From: Paraspadella gotoi
Taxonomy: Eukaryota > Animalia > Chaetognatha
Direction: 5' to 3'
Length of the DNA stretch: 64,000 nucleotides
NCBI GenBank assembly: GCA_051294375.1
Contig: CM119269.1
Location: 8,243,225-8,307,224, forward strand
In this document: positions 1-11,447 of the stretch, one piece after another
Layout: the number at the start of each line of letters is the position of its first letter
Numbering within the stretch: the stretch's first letter is position 1
Notes under the pieces: generated by a model
Told to the model about the DNA's origin: nothing
Database searches by the model: none
What the model saw: the letters and a program-made list of their open reading frames with translations, nothing else
Position numbers and translations under genes: made by a program

Positions 1-2636
1 TCCGCGTCGCCTCCCAGTTTTTCTTTCGCGCCGTTGATGACGCCGATGACGCCGAGGCGCGCGCCCAGATGCACCTGGCGTCGGCGCTGGCAGGCATCGG
101 ATTCGGCAACGCCGGATGCCACCTGCCTCACGGCCTCTCCTACGCCATCTCGGGCAACGTCAAGAGTCACGTCAAAGCGGGTAAGGCGAGCGGTGGGGGC
201 TTAGGAACTTATTAGATGGAGAACGTGAGATAGGATCAGAGAGAGTGAGAGATAGCAAGTTAGCAACTCCATACAAAATTTGTAAATTTTTTTTATCAAG
301 CGATATTAACATAATTGAATATAATGCATATAATGAATATATGCAATAATAACAATAACACTAAAAATTTATTTACTTGTTTTTATTATCAATAATTGTC
401 TGAAATATTTTAAATATTTTTAAAAACTCAACCCTGTTTTTACCAAATCGCTCCTGACTTGATCAGTCTAAATGTATAAATATTGTGATAATAAACTGTT
501 GAAATATAAATAAGTCGATGAGGGAACGAAATCTAGTTTAACAAAACATTTTGAAAAAAAAATTTATGGCCGTTTTGCAATTTTTACCAGGAAATTAAAA
601 CTTTTGTACTGCAATATGCAAATTAGAATTTTATTCGGTGGTTCTGTTGTTCGCTGCTTCTCTGATTTTAAGCTAATTTAACCTTTTTTTTCGGATTATT
701 CTTTATATTTTTAAATCTTAATTATTTTTGCTTAATAAACAAAATCTTCGACGATGTGATTATCAATCTTGCGCGGGTCTAAAGAGAATCTTCTTCCTCC
801 CCGTTCCCCGACTCATTCTCGATTTCACAGAGGGATACGAGGTGAACAAACCCCTGATCCCTCACGGCCTCTCCGTGGTCATAACCGCGCCCGCTGTGTT
901 TCGTTTCACCGGAACCGCCTGTCCCGATCGCCATCTACAGGTCAGGGCTATTTCGGCTCTTTCCCTAGAAAATTAAATGAATAAATATTAATAATTATTT
1001 TTTTGGGGATATTATATTAATTTATCTATCTTCCTTAACTTGTTAAGCGTGTTTTTGTTTTTAAATTTAGGCCTTTTCTTCGAGATTGCTTTGTTTTATT
1101 TTTTTTATCCTACAATTTAATTTTAATATTAATATTTAATTGAAATATATTTTTCAATTACTGAACTAATTCTTAACTATAATTTTTAACTCTAACCTAA
1201 TCCTGAACCCTAATTTTAAACCCTGACCTTAAACCTTAACTCTAAACCCTAAACCTTTTGAATTTTAACCTCAAATCTTAACACTAATCACAAAACAAAT
1301 CTTTAACCTTAATCATTAACCTAATCTTTAACTCTAACATCTGGAATAACCCATAATATAAAAAATTAATCTAATTCCTAATTTAAAACATAATGGGGCG
1401 TTCTGGGAAAATAAGGCCCAAATTTTCAATCCCCATGATTTTGTCTTCCTCGATCCCCATCCTCATAGTCGAACCCCTTATCTCCCCAAACGTTCCCCTT
1501 TAAATTGATCCTCTTTTTCTCTCTCGTCCCTAATTTGATAGATATATCATATATGCCTCCCCTATATACCTCCCCTTGCGGTTCGATGTCCGATTAAGAT
1601 TCTGATCAGCTTTCATCGTCGTTTTTCCATCTCATTTTCTCTCGCTTCTTCCTCAACTTACTTCTTTCCTTTTCCTTTTTCCCCCCATTTTTTCACTTCT
1701 CTTTTTCCTTTTTTTTGGGGGGCGGGGTTAATCATTCGATCCTGAAATAATCCTTTTTTTATCTTTCTTAGTTTTGTCCTTTATGATCGCATTTATTCTT
1801 TATTTCCGTCGATGGGCAAATTCTTGCCTTCGTTCAGTTTTTTTCTTATACTTATTTTTTTCTTGTATGTTTCTGCGGACGTCGCTTTTCATCTTGCATC
1901 TCTGCCCGATTCCGTCTTGCAACTCTGCCCGATTCCGTCTTGCAACTCTGCCCGATTCCGTCTTGCAACGCTGTCCATACGGTCTTGCAATTTTGCCCTA
2001 CCCTGTCGCCGTTCTCACAATTACCCCTTCACCCCATTCGTCAATCGTCACTCCTCTTCGTCGCTTCCATCCCCTTTTTACGTCACTCAATCCCACGCCA
2101 CTCTCCCTTTACGTCACTCTACCTCCACTACACGCCGCCCTGCGCGTCACACAGGCTGCGTCTTGTTTGGGTTTCGACGTGACGAACGCGAAACGCGACG
2201 ACGCGGGTTCCATTTTGGCGGAGGCGGTGACGAAGTACATGGACAAGTTACGGGTGAGTGACGAAGAAAGGTGAGGTCGGTTGGTCGGGGTCGAAATGTG
2301 AGGTCGGTTGGTCGGGGTCGAAATGTGAGGTCGGTTGGTCGGGGTTGAAAGGTGAGGTATGATAGATATATCATCATATGATATGATAGATATATATGAC
2401 ATATGATATAAAACGATATTACTAATGTCTAGTTTCCTAAAAGCAAACCAACCCCGACCCCCAAAACGGTCTCGCAGGTGCCCAACGGGCTGCGCAGCCT
2501 CGGCTACGGCACTGAAGACATCCCGTCCTTGGTTGAAGGGACTCTGCCCCAAAAAAGGCTCACGGGCATGGCCCCGCTGGAGCAGACGGCCGAAGATTTG
2601 GCTTCCATATTCGAAAACTCTTTGCAAGTTTATTAA
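1..2636 (+). CDS. ADHFE1: Hydroxyacid-oxoacid transhydrogenase (Fe-containing ADH family), last four coding exons; 5' part lies outside the window
   Basis: Exons <1-180, 831-940, 2155-2253, 2478-2636 join in phase through GT-AG introns: ..RAVDDADDAEARAQMHLASALAGIGFGNAGCHLPHGLSYAISGNVK..EGYEVNKPLIPHGLSVVITAPAVFRFT..RHLQAASCLGFD..VPNGLRSLGYGTEDIPSLVEGTLPQKRLTGMAPLEQTAEDLASIFENSLQVY*. Colinear with the ADHFE1 C-terminus (MHLAS.FAGIGFGNAG, PHGLSVV, GTLPQ.R). Confidence 0.95.
1070..1418. mobile_element. Putative MITE-like dispersed repeat with (CCTAA/TTAAC)-rich core, copy 1
   Basis: Starts GGCCTTTTCTTCGAGA and ends GGGCGTTCTGGGAAAATAAGGCC (imperfect inverted termini). The same 3' terminus recurs at ~6032-6055, 16705-16727 and ~18892-18916. 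Confidence 0.55.
1892..2005. repeat. 23-bp minisatellite (TCTTGCAACTCTGCCCGATTCCG), ~5 copies, ADHFE1 intron
   Basis: Three near-identical and two decayed tandem units. Confidence 0.9.
2266..2357. repeat. 27-bp minisatellite (GAAATGTGAGGTCGGTTGGTCGGGGTC), ~3.4 copies, ADHFE1 intron
   Basis: Direct tandem units read from the sequence. Confidence 0.9.
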
Positions 2637-3418
2637 AGCTTAATATATTAATATAGTCTATACATCGGAATTGTCATTTTGAAACGCCCTCCTTTCCCAA
2701 CGAATGACTTTTTTAAAATTTTGATTCTTTTCTCGGATATATTGTATTGAATTTTTTTTTATTGTTATTGAATATACTTTAAATATGATAGATATTTTTA
2801 GTTTTTTAATTTTTGCGATTTAACAAAAAAAGTAATGTCACGATCTTGTCAACGATCTTTAAAGGCTTTATCGATATTTCCCGTTTCGCACGCCATATAA
2901 AAATTAAATAGACTTATTATCCAATTTAACGATATTTATTGGGTAAAAAACTGACAACAAATCAAGTTAAAACAAAAACCAATATTCAACGAGTTGGTTT
3001 AGCGAATGGGGGATGGAAGGGGTGCGAATGGAGTAAAGCTGGAGGTAAAGGGTGTTGAAGAGTCTTTGTGTGCGGAAGAAAAGTCACAAACTAAATAAAA
3101 TTTAAATTCACTATACATGATTCGTCAAAAAGAAAGTCAACTTCTCCACTGTCAAAAAAAAAAAATCTTGTTTATTTTGGCAAAATTCAAAGACTCGTGT
3201 TTCTTGAATAAAACGATTCACATTCGATCGAAAAAATCTCGAAGGAGACGATAACTTAAATATTATTATTTATTATATGACCGTGTCCACGTAACGGACT
3301 ATTTAACGGTTTTTAAGGTTGAGTCAAATATATTCACAGATAATCAAGCCTTGACAATAGATTTAGCAGTCTTCACGGATGAGTCAGAGATCATTGACAG
3401 AAGAGGAGCACGTCGTCT

Positions 3419-4023
3419 TCACAGATGAATTTGCTGGGTTCGTTCCGGCCGATGGAGCTGACAAATGGAGCGGATTCGACGAGGAAGTTTGACGAGGCAG
3501 AGTCGAAGATGTTCGTTCATCAAGATGAAGTTGTAAGTGTTGAAGAGTCCGTTGCTCATGGCGATCACCTGGGGAAGGGAAGGGAGATTGAATCAAAAGG
3601 GATTGTTGAGGATGTATATATAAATATATAGTAAAAGGTCATTTAATTATTGCCTTGTTTCGCTTAGCATTTTTAAAAAAAAATTTATTCATTTATATTT
3701 GTTAAAATTTATTTTTTTTTATCGAGAAATCAAAATGTGAATTAACATCGCATATTTGAAAAGTCGGGGGAAAAAATCTAGTCTTCAGTATGGAGTTCAT
3801 ATTTGTATGTAGTCACATTTCAGAATAAGTAGAAAATAAATAGAAAAGTAGAAAGAGACAAAAAAATAAAGTAAATAAAATAAAAAAATCAAAGGAAAAG
3901 AAAAACTACTGAAAAGGAAAGAGAAGAAAAGAGAAAAGTTAAGCTGAGGTGAACCGTGAGGATTTTCCGAAAACAAAAGAATGAAAAATTTCCATGTCCT
4001 TTCTTCCATCATATTTATGGAAA

Positions 4024-4067
<44 letters not shown>

Positions 4068-7000
4068 GAAAGGGGGGAAAATGAGAAAGAGAAAGAAGAG
4101 AGAGAGAGAGAGAGAGGGGGGGGGAGAATGAGAAAAGAGAAGAGAGAAGAGAAAGAAGAAAGAAATCATCAAAGCAAGATTCAAATTCTGACCCCAGCCA
4201 ACTTTTCTCGTCCCCCCTCTCTCCCCCAGCTTTCGCCTCCCCCCTCTTCGACCCAATCACCTCGATCGCGATGAAAATGTTCATTCTCTCTTTGTTTTGT
4301 CTCCAGTGATCGGGAAAAAAGTCGCGGTAAAGATTGTAGCCGTAGAAGGGAGCCCAACACAAGATGAATACGACCGTGCCTGGGAAACGTAAGGAGAAAA
4401 TCCTTTTCGTGAGGCGGATTCCTTTTTTTTTTCAATTTCTGTATTATGAATTCAATGAATAAAACTATCACGAATCATAAGAGATTTATTATTTAGAGAG
4501 AGCGAATCACTTTCCTGTCTTTTGTTACGACTCTGATAAAAAAAAATATCAATCGTTGTAAGGTTGAAAGTAATGTCGATTGATTTGACCGAGGTTGCGT
4601 GTACATCGTTCGTCCACATCGTTTTTATTATGGTTTTTTCTCTGAATATATTGAAGTCTTTGTTATATATGTTGATTCAAAATCTTATTCGATCATTTTC
4701 TTCTTTCTTTTTTTCCCTTTTTTCTTTTATTTCTATTTCTGTTTCTTTTTTCTTTCTTTTTCATTTTTTTTCAAATCGTTTATCGCTCAAACTGCACAGA
4801 TGTGCGAGACGAAAATGGATAAAAACGTAAAAGATTTTTTCTATTTTGGTGAAATTAGTGTCCCGGGCACGAATCCGTCGGGCGGGCACGAGACAGGAGC
4901 AGAACGGGCATTAGGCAGGAGCAGGGCAGGCATGATGTAGGAGTAAGAGGAGAGCGGGCACGAGGTAGGAGCATGGAGGGCTTGAGACTGGACCAGAACG
5001 AATTTTTTAATAAAGTTTTCTCACTCGTTAAAAATATAGATTTTTTGACGACAAACTTTTTATTCATCATCTTTATCTTCATTGTATTTATATCCTAATA
5101 AATTCAATCATTCATTCATTCATTCATTCTTTCGTTCATTCATTCATTGATTCATTCATTCATTACCTAAGAAGAGAAGGAGAGAAACTCGACGCTTCGT
5201 CGACTGAAGTCGATTGTTGGTCACTGGACAATTCACATTCACCTGAATACAAATCACATGAATATGAATAAAATTTATGATTGGTGAGGGACCAAAGAAA
5301 GAGGAGGGAATGAGGAATGAGAACTATTTTTCGAAAGCTCTCCATTTCTGTTCCTAATCTCTGATCTAAATTGTATTAAATATATCACCCTAATCAAAAG
5401 TTAATAGAAAAGATATATTAGAATTTGGTAAAAATTGATATATTCAGAAATGCCAGACCAAATGTTCCCCAATTTTAGTCTCTAGGGTGAAGGTATCTCT
5501 ACAAGATATGTTATAAACAAACAAAAATACTACAGGGAGTTCCAGCTCTTTTGGGACTAAATTAGAAAATATTTTAGATGGGTGAATAAAAGAATAATAT
5601 TATGAAAATTGGTATATATATAAAAAATATTATGAAAATACAATCTATTAAAATAATTAACCTTTGGCAACTCTGACTTTCTCAAAGTGTCTAGATAAGG
5701 CTCATGCTTTTGCGACTGCACCCATTAGGAATGATGCCATTCCTCCCACTTTTTCTGCTGTCAGAAAATCGATAGTTCTGTTTTATATTTTTATTATTAA
5801 GGGGGAGGGTGCAGTCAGAAAAAATGTGCGAACAAAAGTCCTGATTCTTATATTCTTATATTCTTAATATACAATAAAAACCTTAATGACAAGAGTTACT
5901 GTTAGATTTTTCAGATTTTTTGATATCGATTTAAAAAAAAAATTATCTAATGTAATATCTTTTTTCTTCTATCATCAGAAGCTGAACCTCCTTGTATAAT
6001 TATCATTTTTAATCAAAAATGGTGGGGGGGGGGCGCATTTTGAAAAATAAGGCCCAGCGAACCTTGGTCCTTTTGATAATGATGGTGTAGGCGGAGACCA
6101 TAACGCCGACGGGCAAAATGAACTCGAGGATCAATAGCAGCATGTTATAGAATTTGACGGTGATGAATGAGTCGTGAGGCCAATTTTCGAAGCAGTGCTC
6201 GATGACTGGGAGAAGGATAGTGGGGTGAGTGGGGAAGTCGAACGGTTTAATTCGAGTCATTTGAATTAAATTATTCGATTGGGTTGAGCTTCTTTCTTAT
6301 CCTGTTATATTTATCAAGTGTTGGTACCGTCGAATTGGTGTCATTTGGTTTGTCTCACGTTCTTCGCACCGTGTGAATGGTTCACACGAATCGTGTCATG
6401 TCATTCACGAGTCGTTCTCGCGACAAGTTTCAAGCGAAGCGATTCGAGTCGTGTCACATGATCACGTGACTCACCGTTTTCCTGTGAAAATCCCGAATTT
6501 CTCGGAATGATGATGTACTGGGTCTGCGTGGTGGCGAAGAAGGCTGTGGGTAGGACGATCACGCTCGAGGTAAGCCTGAGGGAGAAAAACGATGAACCCA
6601 GATTTTTTTCGCTTTATGATTGAATTTTGATAAATCCTATCAAAATTACAAGGAGTACTATAAGTTAGGCTGTAGTGATTTAATATCGCTAAGGATATTT
6701 TTTCGATCAATAGCGTAATAGCGCGGTGGTCTGGTCGGAACGGTCTTTGCAAAAATGATTGGCCTGTTCATTTATCGGGTACGAGCGTAACGCCGGATGC
6801 GAAGCTACGGAAAGCGAGACAACTGATGGTCCCAGGCCCCCTGGACTGTGAGCTATTCGCGCCATATGCTCGAAACATCATGAATAGAAACTTCTGACAA
6901 ACTTCCTGACTGACAGATGACGCGTTTATTAATTTGTTTAATTAATTTGTTTCATAGTTCGAAGCTTATCGAATTTGATCTTCTGGCAACTCTAGTTGAA

Positions 7001-10000
7001 CCCTTTTTGCCTTTGTTATTTATTTTTTAATTAGTTATTATAAAATTAATTACATCGAAACGACTTAATTCTTTATGACCAGGGTTCCCAAAAGCTCATT
7101 ATTTGTGCCGTTGGTTAATCTCTCACCACAATCCGAGAATACAATAAGCGACGCCTGTTTTTGACAACCTTCTTCTTAGCGGAAATAGCACGTGGAATAT
7201 TCTGCAAAAGAAAAAAAAAATGAGCGTTAAAAAAAACCGAATTATATCGGAATTACACGCTCGACGAACTTTACAGTAGGCATCGTTCAAAACCTGACCT
7301 CTCGACTGAAATTATGAGCAACGAATTTGTTGAGATACAGAGGGAAAGGTTTTTGATAAAACCGGCGATCGCGCAGAGCGGCAAACCGTAACGCCATTCT
7401 CCCTAAAAAAAAGGTTTTTAATTAATTAAGCGTTGCGCGGATTTTTAATCCTGCAGGATTGCAGGTGGCACCGAGAAATGAAAAAAAAACAAAAACAAAA
7501 AAAAAAAACGAGTAATGAAATTTCTATAATTTTCTCGTTAGAAGCGGAAAAAAAAAATCACTGGCTGAAAAATCTTGAAACAGTTATTTAGTTTACCATT
7601 TAAGGAAAAACTCATGTATTGGTCGATGGCGGTTCCATCTCGACCAATCACGATTCTGTGATTCCGATTTCACTTTAGATGGGGCTGAGTTATAATATAT
7701 ATATATGTTATAATAACAAGAACGGTGATTCCAATGTGTTGCGCCGCAGTGACTTTATTTTTAACTTTGATCGCATGATATGACATGACAAGACATGACT
7801 AAAAAACTGTTTTCGCCCTTGTATTTATGACATGCACTGCATCGAAATATCGTCTTTTGCGTCTTTTGATCCTTATACATTTTAAGATTTCCTGAAGGCG
7901 ACGCTAGCTGTCCCTTAGTTTTGAGGTTTTTTTCCTGTCTTAATAAATGAGCATCCAACTATAGGCGAAATATATACATTTTACAGACATACAGACCGAG
8001 AGACCGACCGAAAAGTGACTTATAGAGTTATAGAGTTGCTCCGCGAGTACACGCGTCGCTACTAAAAATAATACATTACCCTGACGACGTAATAATCGAG
8101 AAAGAGAGGAAGGGCGACGATTGCGGCCAACGCGTCCGAGAGGGCAAGATTGAGGAAGAAAATGTTCGTCACTGTTTCAAATTGTTTTTTTTTATTTTTA
8201 GCTTATTAACATATTTAATCTATTTAATGCTCTCCCCAATGTTTATTAAAAAAAACGTTTGGCTAGAAATTCTAGCCAAACGTAGAATTCACTAATTTTT
8301 AATGGTTGGAATGATTAAGCAACTTAACAAATTTTACGAGTAACAAAGTTTACGAGTTATTCTGTTTGATTTATTTATTTATTTATTTATACCTTATTTA
8401 CTTATTTTTTGTACCAAAATGCTTACCCGTCCATAGGCGCTTGAATAATGTGGTCAGCAAAACAAGCAACAAGTTGATTACACCGCAGTTGACAATTACC
8501 AAACTGTACACGATTCCAAGGATAATCTGGAAGAAAATCGAACAAATAAAACACAAATATAAGATGCAAGAAATAGATTCATCATGCTCAAATTCATATT
8601 GCTCACCTTTAATGAAACATGGGCGCTTTTAAAGGGCTGTGCTTCTTCATAGACGTTCCTAAAACGTAAATAATAAATTGGTGTTAAGTAATTGATTAAG
8701 TTTGATTCTTGGAAGATTGATATGGCTTTTTTTTTCTCATTAGTTCTATCTCCTTTATTCACTCTACATTTACTTTTCACTTTCTCTCCTTTTTCTCATT
8801 AGCTGTGATCCTTTTGTTTAGAGTTTAGTTTGTTTCTGATGAAAAAATCAATATATATTCTTCAAATACAAATTATTTGTAATAGAACACAATACAATTA
8901 GTACAAAATTTAAAACAAATAAATCGAGCAATCCCTAAAATGAATGGTTTGATTATAATTTGCAAACCCCACACACTCGAATATTTGATTAGACACAATT
9001 GATAACTAATATCGCATTATCAGTATTTTTGATGATGTCATTTTGTACAAATTACTAATTAGATTCCCTATAATTAAAGTCCAAGAAACAAATACTAAAA
9101 CAAAGTTCCCACTCTCTTTAATAGATACAGCACACTCACTTTACTTTCTATATATGACATGATGCAAGTTAACGTGGCGAAGCTTACCCATGAAAATTTT
9201 TATAATATTTCTTAATCTGCAAGCCAAACTTAAAGCTTTATAATAATATTACCGCATGCCTTTGGTTCTACCAGAATTCCTTTACTTTTACCATTACCCT
9301 CGCTTATCTACAAAAAAAGAAAATTAGTAAAAAAGCAATAAGATGCAGACTTGTGGTAGCAAAAATTTATGACTAAAATTTATACTTCTTGATTTATTAG
9401 TTAAACCACATAGCCAAAAAATATTAAAAATATTTATAATTATATACCAAATGATAGCTTAATTTTGAATTAAAAAACTATAAGTTTTAGATCAATCAAT
9501 TTGAAAACTAAAATAATAAATTTTTTTCCCGCTTTATCAAGATTTTTCTTTCTTTTTTTACTGTGTTCTTCCTGAGTTGAGTTAAAGAATAAGGAAAACA
9601 TTTTGAGTTAAGTCATGTTATTGCAATCATGTGTGTATATTTTGAAACTATTTGGACTACAACTTTTGTATCAACTAATATCAACTAATTGTTGTAAACG
9701 AATAAAACACATATTTTTATAAACATTTTTATTTATTAAAAAAATAAGAAAAAAAGATTTAAAAAAAAAAGATTTTGAGCTTTAAGAATTTTAGATCTAA
9801 AATTAGGGTAAAAATTTTATATTTTCAAAAAAATCAGCTTATAGATATTTGATTTTGCTACAATCTGATTTTTTCTTTTTTTAATATCTTTTATTTTAGA
9901 GTAGAAACAAAATTCTCAATAAGCATAGTTCAGTTCATTTTATCTTTGATTTTTAAAAAAATTTAATATTTTTTGTTTTAGTTAATATTTATACTTTTAT

Positions 10001-11374
10001 GAATAAAACAAAGCTCACATGAAGGTATAAAGAAAAAGGAAATGAATTTGAATGGTGAAAATAAAAAAAGTAAGGAGCTCAAAGAAAAAAATAAGTAAAG
10101 AATAAAAGATCAAAGGGGAAAAAAATGGTTAAAATTATTATTTTTTATTTAAATTAATTTCTACCAGCATAATTTAATCCAAACTTAAGATTAAGCTCAA
10201 TCAACTACCTTTTTGGCCACACACAAAATTTCAGGTCAATTGATCGATTTACTCAAGTATCAAAGTAAATGATAGATGGATGAACAAATAGATGTATTTA
10301 AAGAAGGAAGGAATCAATTTTTTTGGATATTTTTATATAATTCAGTATTCTAATATAAACCAAGTAATTTATCAACAAGATATGAGGGGTAGACAGATAA
10401 ATGGATGAAATGGTTTATAGAGTTGCACTATTATAAAAAAATAATTTTTTTTACATGAATTTTCATTCATTAATTTAATCATATCCTAAATGCCAAATAT
10501 TATTTTGCATTTATTTTTTTTTCATATATTAATAAAACTATGATGTTTTATGTAACCTATTCAGAGATGACAATTTCAATCATCGATTTTTTTTCATGGC
10601 TGCATACACTACGCCACGGTAATTTTCATCGTGTCATATCCACTCCATGGTACTCTCTTTTGTTTTTCTTCTTTTCACTTCACCCTACTCCCCCTCGCTC
10701 CACTTCCTTTCACTCCACCCAGCTTCCCCTCGCTCCACTTCTTCTCACTTCACCCTACTCCCCGTTGCTCCACTCCTTCTCACTCCACCCTTCTCCCACT
10801 CACTCCTACTTCATCCTCAATTCCACCAACGCCCCTTTCGACGTCTTCGGATTGTCGAGGAAGATCTCCCAGGTTCCTTCAACGAGATCGAACAACGCCG
10901 TCGCCGCGGTGATGATCGGATCCACGCGACGCCGCGTTCGGAAGATCGGGAACTCGGCGTCGGAATCGTCGCCGAGAATCCCGAGGACGCCGGCGCGGAC
11001 ATTCTCGCCCGTCAGCGTCGGCGCCAGACTCTCGGCGACGGCGCGGCGCCGTAAGGAATTGGGGCGCGCCGAGGGGTCCTCAACGACGCCGGGGGAGTGC
11101 TCGGCCACGTTGAAGTGAAAGCCGGGGGAAGGGCAGGCGCAGGAGGCGATGCGGACTTGGGTGACGCGAGAACAGGTGTCGCCCTCGAGCGGAGGAAAGA
11201 CTTCGAAGTTGCGAATTTCTCTGAAGGGGAGAAAACAAAAGAGCAAAAAAAAAAAAATTTTTTTTTTTGTATTTTCAAGCATGGTTCTATTAATTTTAAT
11301 TAAATTTATGACAACTGATTCTAAAATAGAATATACAGTATACACTTTCTCGTTCGCGAAGAGAGGAGGGGGGA

Positions 11375-11447
<73 letters not shown>

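Noticed and set aside
5664-5760. Extra GPCR exon candidate
   Set aside because: All three minus-strand frames contain stops, and exons 6063 and 5242 already join in phase.
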